64,000 nucleotides of DNA, from the sequence record DRR378314_107. One strand, 5' to 3'. A program made the translations under genes and the position numbers. The notes beneath the pieces are model-generated. The model made no database searches. It had not been told where the DNA came from and worked only from the letters and a program-made list of their open reading frames with translations. Shown here piece by piece: positions 57,996-64,000 of this stretch. The number at the start of each line of letters is the position of its first letter. Positions within the stretch are counted from its first letter, which is position 1.

Positions 57996-58903
57996 AGGCC
58001 CTCCTTGGCCACCGGCTCGGCGGAACGCGACCAGATCAGCGCCAGCGCCAGGCCGCTGACCAGATGCCAGACGCCCCAGAAGCCGGCGATCAGAATCATG
58101 CCCGCGGCCTGCGGGAAGAAGGTGAACAGAATCGCCAGCCCGAGACCGGAGTTCTGGATGCCCACCTCCATGGTGACCGCGCGCCGGTCGGCACGGTTGA
58201 GGCCCACCAGCAGCCCGGCCAGGGCGCCGACGCCCAGTGCCAGGGCGTTCTGGCCGATCACCAGCGCCACGATACGGTCCGCGTTTTCCAGGAACACATC
58301 CATGTTCTTACCGAACGCCAGGCCCACGAAGGCGAACAGCACCAGCAGCGTGATCACGCGCATGGGCTTCTGGGCACGCTCGGCGAAGCGTGGAAAGTGA
58401 CGGCCGGCCAGCATGCCCAGCACCAGGGGCAACGCCAGCACCAGCGCCACCAGCAGCAGGATGTTCCAGGGGTCGAGCGCGATCTCGGTGACCATCGCCC
58501 GGGTGTTGGGGTTCAGCCAGCCGTAGAGCGCGAAATTCAGCGGCGTGAGCACGGTGGCGGCCAGGCTGGACACCGCCGTCATGCTGACGGACACCGCCAC
58601 ATTGGCCCGCGCCAGCCAGGTCATGATGTTGGAAAAGGTGCCGCCCGGGCAGGAGGCCACCAGGATCATGCCCAGCGCCAGCTCCGGCTCCACGTCGAGA
58701 AACCAGGTGATCACGCAGGTCAGCGCCGGCAGCAATACGAACTGCGCCAGCAGCCCCGCCGCCGGCGCTTCCGGCATACGCAGCACGCGCCGGAAATCCT
58801 CGCCACGCAGGGTCAGGGAAACCCCGAACATCATCAGAGCGAGGATCACATTGAGCACGACCAGACTGCCGGTGCTGAAATCAATCGGGTTATCGGGGGA
58901 CAT
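57992..58903 (-). CDS. Bile acid:Na+ symporter (BASS) family transporter
   Basis: MMFGVSL, AQFVLLP, CPGGTFSN, EVGIQNSGL. Start MSPDNP with GGAGG RBS. Confidence 0.9.
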   Translation of the reverse strand: MSPDNPIDFSTGSLVVLNVILALMMFGVSLTLRGEDFRRVLRMPEAPAAGLLAQFVLLPALTCVITWFLDVEPELALGMILVASCPGGTFSNIMTWLARANVAVSVSMTAVSSLAATVLTPLNFALYGWLNPNTRAMVTEIALDPWNILLLVALVLALPLVLGMLAGRHFPRFAERAQKPMRVITLLVLFAFVGLAFGKNMDVFLENADRIVALVIGQNALALGVGALAGLLVGLNRADRRAVTMEVGIQNSGLGLAILFTFFPQAAGMILIAGFWGVWHLVSGLALALIWSRSAEPVAKEGL

Positions 58904-58917
58904 ACGTCGCCTCCTGG

Positions 58918-60204
58918 TTATTGTTCTTGCAGTGCCCGGCGCTGACGGGCCACTTCGGCCCGGTAGCTGTCCTTGTGCACGTAATAGGCCATGCGCGACA
59001 GCTTCAGATAACGATAGCCGCCGTCCAGGGATTCCCCGGCGCGCTCGCGCTTGGTGTTCTCCAGGCGCGCGGCGGCGGCATGGCCCTCGGCGCGGCGCTT
59101 GAGATACAGCGCCACCAGCTCGGCCTGTTCGTTGCGGCCCTCCCAGCCCAGACCGGCGGCCTCGATCATGCCCATCATGAACAGGTTGTCGTAGTGCGGG
59201 TGGAACACGTTCAGATACAGGCGCGGCGCGTCGCCCTGCCAGTTGAGCAGGTCGCTGTCGATAAAGGGGTAATCCAGCTTGTAGCCGGTGGCGAGCAGGA
59301 TCAGGTCGTAGTCGGCGCGGCCGCCGTCGGTGAAGGTGACGGTGCGGCCCTGCATGTCGGCGATGTCGGTGCGCGGGGTGATGTCGCCGTGGCCGAGGTG
59401 ATGCAGCACCAGGGAGTTGATCACCGGGTGCGCCTCGTACAGCCGGTAGTCCGGGTCCGGCAGGCCGTAGTCGCTGGGTCGGCCGATGATCATGCGGATC
59501 AGCCGGGCGTCCAGCCACTGCTTCAGGCGGCGCGGCAGCTTGATCTTGCCGCCGATGGAATCCGATGGCCGGCCGCCGATGAACTTGGGCAGGAAGTAGT
59601 AACCCCGGCGCACCGACAGATCCACGCTTTTCGCCTGGTGCACCGCGTCCACCGCCATGTCGCAGGCGGAGTTGCCGCAGCCGACGATCAGCACCCGCTT
59701 GTCGCGGAACAGGGACGGGTCGCGGTACTCCCGGGCGTGCCGTATCTCGCCGTCGAAGTGGCCGGGCAGCGCCGGCAGGTTCGGGGTATGCAGGGTGCCG
59801 CTGGCGATCAGCACGCCGTCGAACCAGCGGCTGCTCTGCTCGCCGTCCCGTTCCACGGTAACGCGCCAGCCCTCGCCTTCCGGCGTCACCGACAGCACCC
59901 GGGTGTTGAACCGGTAATGCTCGTAGAGACCGAAATGCCGGGCGTAATCCTGAAAGTAGCGCTTCAGCTCCGCGTGATGCGGGTAGGTGGCCACCCGCTC
60001 GTCCATGGGGAATTCGCGGAACTCGGTCATCCGCTTCGAGGAGATCAGATGCGCGGTTTCGTACATGGTGCTGTGGGGGTTATCGATGTCCCACAAACCG
60101 CCCACGTCGCCGTTCAACTCATAGCCGACGAAGGGCAGACCCTGTTTACTGAGGTTTCTTGCCGTGGCCAGGCCCATGGGGCCGGCGCCGATCACTGCGT
60201 ACAT
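58918..60204 (-). CDS. Flavin-containing monooxygenase (class B)
   Basis: GAGPMG, GGLW, FDGEIRHAREY, GCGNSA, ATGY. Confidence 0.92.
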   Translation of the reverse strand: MYAVIGAGPMGLATARNLSKQGLPFVGYELNGDVGGLWDIDNPHSTMYETAHLISSKRMTEFREFPMDERVATYPHHAELKRYFQDYARHFGLYEHYRFNTRVLSVTPEGEGWRVTVERDGEQSSRWFDGVLIASGTLHTPNLPALPGHFDGEIRHAREYRDPSLFRDKRVLIVGCGNSACDMAVDAVHQAKSVDLSVRRGYYFLPKFIGGRPSDSIGGKIKLPRRLKQWLDARLIRMIIGRPSDYGLPDPDYRLYEAHPVINSLVLHHLGHGDITPRTDIADMQGRTVTFTDGGRADYDLILLATGYKLDYPFIDSDLLNWQGDAPRLYLNVFHPHYDNLFMMGMIEAAGLGWEGRNEQAELVALYLKRRAEGHAAAARLENTKRERAGESLDGGYRYLKLSRMAYYVHKDSYRAEVARQRRALQEQ

Positions 60205-60329
60205 GGGTAACGCCTGCTTGTTATTATTTCAGTATGGTTTAAGACCCTAACCGGGCGAGCCTGGCCCGGCACGGCTGATTCGCGACCCGAGTACGGTTAA
60301 TTCAGGACCTTTCCATCCAGGACTTTTCG

Positions 60330-61301
60330 ATGAGCCACAGCCCCACCGTCACGGTGCACTTCTCGCAAGCCATCATACAGGCCGCCCAGCGCCTGGGGCT
60401 GGCCCTGCCCGGCGACCTGGTGGCACGCCTCGACCGTCGCGAGCGGGTCGACCTGGCCAGCCAGGACCGGCTCTGGGAGGCGTTCTGCGAGGGCGCCGGC
60501 GATCCGCTGGTGGGCGTGGATCTGGGCCTGGCGCTGCAGGTCGGGCACCTGGATACCGCCGGCATGATTCTGATGAGCTGCGAGACGCTGGACGAGGCGG
60601 TGGAATCGCTGATCGATTACCACCCGATCGTCGGCGAGGGCGGCGCCTTCCAGGTGGCGCGCGGCCCGCGCTTCTGCGAGGTGCGCTATGAGCCGGTCTA
60701 CCGGACACGGCGCACCACGCGGGTGGAAGCGGTCATGGCCAGCCTGATTCATCTGACCCGGTGGAGCACCGGCGATGCCTTCCGCCCGGACCACCTGACG
60801 TTCCGCCATGCGGCCCAGGCTCAACCCGAGCGGTACCAGGACAAACTGGGGCTGCCGGTGCATTTCAACCGCGCCGACAACGCCCTGGTGTTCGCCAGCG
60901 ATCAACTGGCTCTGCCGTTGATCCACGCCAACCCGGCCCTGTGCCGCCACCTGCGCGGCCTGGCCGACGAGCTGCTGACGCGCCTGGACAGCCAGTCCCT
61001 GGGCGCCCGCGTCAGCACCCTGATCCGCGATCACCCACGCTGGGGCAAGGAGCGCATCGCCGGGGAACTGGGCATGAGCGGGCGCCATCTGATCCGCAAG
61101 CTGGCGGACGAAGGCACCAGCTTCAAGCTGTTGCGGGATACCTTACTGCAGGATCTGGCCGAACAGGCCCTGGCGAACGGCGCCCGCACCGGCCGGATCG
61201 CGGAGGATCTGGGTTTTTCCGATGAGAGCGCCTTCGCCAAGGCGTTCAAGCGCTGGACCGGCAGGACGCCGGCCCGCTTCCGGGAGGCACCGCCGGGTTA
61301 G
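60330..61301 (+). CDS. AraC-family regulator divergent from the FMO operon
   Basis: SGRHLIRKL..IAEDLGFSDESAFAKAFKRWTG. Confidence 0.9.
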   Translation: MSHSPTVTVHFSQAIIQAAQRLGLALPGDLVARLDRRERVDLASQDRLWEAFCEGAGDPLVGVDLGLALQVGHLDTAGMILMSCETLDEAVESLIDYHPIVGEGGAFQVARGPRFCEVRYEPVYRTRRTTRVEAVMASLIHLTRWSTGDAFRPDHLTFRHAAQAQPERYQDKLGLPVHFNRADNALVFASDQLALPLIHANPALCRHLRGLADELLTRLDSQSLGARVSTLIRDHPRWGKERIAGELGMSGRHLIRKLADEGTSFKLLRDTLLQDLAEQALANGARTGRIAEDLGFSDESAFAKAFKRWTGRTPARFREAPPG

Positions 61302-62569
61302 ACGGCGGCCAGCGCCTGCTCGATGTCGGCGAGGATGTCGTCGATGTGCTCGATGCCCACGGACAGACGCACCAGGTCGGCACTGACGCCGGCGGTCTTG
61401 AGCTCCGCCTCGTCCAGCTGACGGTGGGTGGTGGTGGCCGGGTGGCAGGCCAGTGATTTGGCGTCGCCGATGTTCACCAGACGCTTGATCATCAACAGCG
61501 CATCGATGAAGCGGGCGCCGGCATCGCGGCCGCCTTCAATGCCGAAGCTGAGAATCGACGCGGGCACGCCGCCGTCCATGTAGCGCTGCGCCAGTTGATA
61601 GTCCTGGTCGCTGTCCAGGCCGGCGAAGTTCACCCAGGCCACTTTCTTGTGATCCCGCAGGTAGCGGGCCACCGCCAGACCGTTCTCGCAATGCCGCTCC
61701 ATGCGCAGGCTCAGGGTCTCGATGCCCTGAAGAATCAGAAAGGCGTTCATCGGCGACAACGCCGCGCCCATATTGCGCAGCGGCACCACCCGGGCACGGC
61801 CGATAAACGCCGCCTCGCCCATGGCTTCGGAATAGATCACCCCGTGATAGCTGGGGTCCGGCTCGTTGAATTGCGGGAAGCGCGGGTTGTCCTTCCACGG
61901 GAAACGGCCGGAATCGACGATGGCGCCGCCCACGGTGGTGCCGTGGCCGCCCATGTACTTGGTCAGCGAATGCACCACGATGTCCGCGCCGTGCTCGAAC
62001 GGCCGGCACAGTGCCGGCGTGGCCACGGTGTTATCGACGATCAGCGGCACGCCGGCGTCGTGGGCCACCTTGGCCAGCGCCGCCAGGTCGACGATGTTGC
62101 CGGCCGGGTTGCCCACCGACTCGCAGAACACCGCCTTGGTGCGCTCGTCGATGGCCGCGGCCATGGCCGCCGTATCGCGGCCGTCCGCCATGCGCACGTC
62201 GATGCCCATGGTCGGCAGGGTGTGGGCGAACAGGTTGTAGGTGCCGCCGTAGAGCTGGCTCACCGAGACGATGTTATCGCCGGCGCGGGCCAGGGTCTGG
62301 ATCGCCGCGGTGGTGGCGGCCATGCCCGAGGCCATCGCCAGGGCGCCGATGCCGCCCTCCAGCTGGGCGACGCGCTCTTCGAGCACCGCGTTGGTGGGGT
62401 TCATGATGCGGGTGTAGATGTTGCCCGGCACTTTCAGGTCGAACAGGTCCGCGCCGTGCTGGGTGTCGTCGAAGTAGTAGCTGGTGGTCTGATAGATCGG
62501 CACCGCCACGGAATGGGTTTCCGGATCGCCGGCGAACCCGCCGTGAATCGCTATGGTTTCTTTTTTCAT
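61298..62569 (-). CDS. metY: O-acetylhomoserine aminocarboxypropyltransferase / sulfhydrylase
   Basis: PIYQTTSY, NIYTRIMNPT, PLP Lys in HSLTKY, HPATTTHRQL, RLSVGIE. Confidence 0.92.
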   Translation of the reverse strand: MKKETIAIHGGFAGDPETHSVAVPIYQTTSYYFDDTQHGADLFDLKVPGNIYTRIMNPTNAVLEERVAQLEGGIGALAMASGMAATTAAIQTLARAGDNIVSVSQLYGGTYNLFAHTLPTMGIDVRMADGRDTAAMAAAIDERTKAVFCESVGNPAGNIVDLAALAKVAHDAGVPLIVDNTVATPALCRPFEHGADIVVHSLTKYMGGHGTTVGGAIVDSGRFPWKDNPRFPQFNEPDPSYHGVIYSEAMGEAAFIGRARVVPLRNMGAALSPMNAFLILQGIETLSLRMERHCENGLAVARYLRDHKKVAWVNFAGLDSDQDYQLAQRYMDGGVPASILSFGIEGGRDAGARFIDALLMIKRLVNIGDAKSLACHPATTTHRQLDEAELKTAGVSADLVRLSVGIEHIDDILADIEQALAAV

Positions 62570-62603
62570 GGTGTCCTCGCTGGGTCTTCGATTTTTTAGC
62601 GGG

Positions 62604-63470
62604 TTATTTCAACGGCGGTTCGGGCCAGAAATTAAACTCCGCGGGCACATGGTTGAGATCGGTATCGAACACCGGGTCCCGTTTTTCCAGGAAGGCGGTG
62701 AAGCCGTCCTTGCCGTCCCAGAACTCGTTGGCGCGGTAGATCATTCTCGACTCCACCGCGTGGGCCTGCATCGGATGATCGAAGGTGGGGTTGCGCCACA
62801 GCATCTGTTTGGCCAGCGCCACCGATACCGGTGAGCTTTTGGCGATCAGCTTGCGGGCCAGCGCCAGGGCGGCGTCGAGCACCTCTTCCTTGCCGTGCAG
62901 GCTGCGGAACAGGCCCGCTTCCAGACCTTCCTCGGCGAGGAAGATGTCGCCGCTGTAGACCCATTCCAGCGCTTTCTGCATGCCCACCGCGCGGGGCAGG
63001 AACCAGGTGGAGCACGCCTCCGGCGTCAGGCCGCGCTGGGTGAAGACGAAGCCGATCTTGGCGCCCTCGGCGGCCAGGCGGAAGTCCATCGGCAGGGTCA
63101 TGGTGATGCCGACGCCCACGGCGGCACCGTTGAGCGCGCCGATCACCGGCTTGCGGCAGTTGAAGATCGCCAGCGACACCTCGCCGCCGGAATCACGGAT
63201 GGTGTCCACCGGCGGCTCCTCGCCCTCGGCATCGTCGTAACCGAACACATGGCCGCCGTCCTCGGGCTGCATCTCCATGCCGGCACAGAACGCCCGCCCG
63301 GCGCCGGTGACCACCACCGCGCGCACCTGGTTGTCGCGGTCCGCCTCGCCGAACACGTGCACCAGCTCGTCCTTCATGCGCAGGGTGAAGGCGTTCATGC
63401 GGTCGGGCCGGTTCAGGGTAACGGTGAGAATATTGTCCGCCAGCTCGGTGCGGATGTGCTGGTACTCCAT
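62604..63470 (-). CDS. Crotonase/enoyl-CoA hydratase family protein (paralogue of 23666-24541)
   Basis: LNRPDRMNAFT, GRAFCAG, KPVIGALNGAAVGVG. Confidence 0.9.
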   Translation of the reverse strand: MEYQHIRTELADNILTVTLNRPDRMNAFTLRMKDELVHVFGEADRDNQVRAVVVTGAGRAFCAGMEMQPEDGGHVFGYDDAEGEEPPVDTIRDSGGEVSLAIFNCRKPVIGALNGAAVGVGITMTLPMDFRLAAEGAKIGFVFTQRGLTPEACSTWFLPRAVGMQKALEWVYSGDIFLAEEGLEAGLFRSLHGKEEVLDAALALARKLIAKSSPVSVALAKQMLWRNPTFDHPMQAHAVESRMIYRANEFWDGKDGFTAFLEKRDPVFDTDLNHVPAEFNFWPEPPLK

Positions 63471-63485
63471 GATAACTCCCGGTTT

Positions 63486-64000
63486 TTATTGATCGTGAAG
63501 GCGGGGCTCGTCGAGATGCTCCACCTGGATGGGGAAGGCTCTAGCATAGCGGGAAGGCAGGGTGTCGAACATGGCACGGAGGGTGCGATTGAGATGCGGC
63601 TGATCGTAGAAGCCGGCGGCAAGCGCCAGATCCGTGAGGCTCATGCCGTCACGCCAGAGGGTCAGCGCCCGCTGGCACTTGAGATGCAGCTGGAAGCGCT
63701 TCAGATTGACGCCCAGTTCTTCGCGGAAAAGGTGCCGGAACCGGGATTCGGACAACCCCACCGCCTCGGCCAGGGCGGCGCCGCCCAGGCCGGCGGCGTC
63801 GTCACCCCGGCGCAGGGCGCGGCAGGCGAGCACCACGCGCGGATCCAGCGGACGGGGTTCACCGGCTTCCAGGGTGGCGCGCGCCGCCAACGCCGCGGCG
63901 GCGGACGGCGACGCCGCCAGCTCGTTCAGGCAGGCGCGGAAACGGGGATGTTCGGCCAGCGGAAACTCACCGCCCGGGCCCTGCAACCGCAGCGCCCGCC
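63486..64000 (-). CDS. AraC-family regulator, 3' part (start outside window)
   Basis: LSESRFRHLF...LTDLALAAGFYDQPHLNRT. Confidence 0.82.
   Translation of the reverse strand, partial: RALRLQGPGGEFPLAEHPRFRACLNELAASPSAAAALAARATLEAGEPRPLDPRVVLACRALRRGDDAAGLGGAALAEAVGLSESRFRHLFREELGVNLKRFQLHLKCQRALTLWRDGMSLTDLALAAGFYDQPHLNRTLRAMFDTLPSRYARAFPIQVEHLDEPRLHDQ

Noticed and set aside
57992-59518. 508-aa ORF suggesting an N-terminally extended BASS transporter
   Set aside because: The extension overlaps the FMO gene out of frame; the real start with an RBS is at 58903.

Overview
GC-rich gammaproteobacterial chromosome segment. Gene content and order suggest Alcanivoracaceae, but this is inferred and not proven. 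A core backbone (amt-glnK, ubiK, comM/yifB, rep, tandem cytochrome c5, tRNA-Arg(CCG), pyk, nfi, metY) is interleaved with accessory modules: (i) autotransporter + SdsA-like alkylsulfatase + LysR between ubiK and comM; (ii) AraC/fatty-acid desaturase; (iii) an rsuA-NYN-rsuA operon; (iv) an ~11.5 kb TetR-associated catabolic cluster (porin, DUF1254/DUF1214, ADP-forming acyl-CoA ligase, TAXI-TRAP transporter) with two alkylsulfatase-type MBL-fold paralogues, one canonical and one intact but lacking most metal ligands; (v) a GlnT/GMAS-like gamma-glutamyl ligase + orphan guanidine-type solute-binding protein + MetX-like hydrolase; (vi) a PKD-repeat PHP metallohydrolase lipoprotein; (vii) a Fur-boxed PepSY operon; (viii) an unknown gene coupled to an AbiEi-like gene; (ix) an FMO/BASS/SDR/TSUP operon. 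No integrase, transposase, rRNA or CRISPR array was seen. Most notable: the degenerate/canonical MBL pair and its cluster, the GlnT module, a perfect 15-bp inverted repeat bracketing glnK that coincides with its sigma54 promoter, a ykkC-like non-canonical leader before the SMR gene, and a 33-aa membrane microprotein missed by the ORF track. All calls come from reading motifs by eye; no database searches were run.
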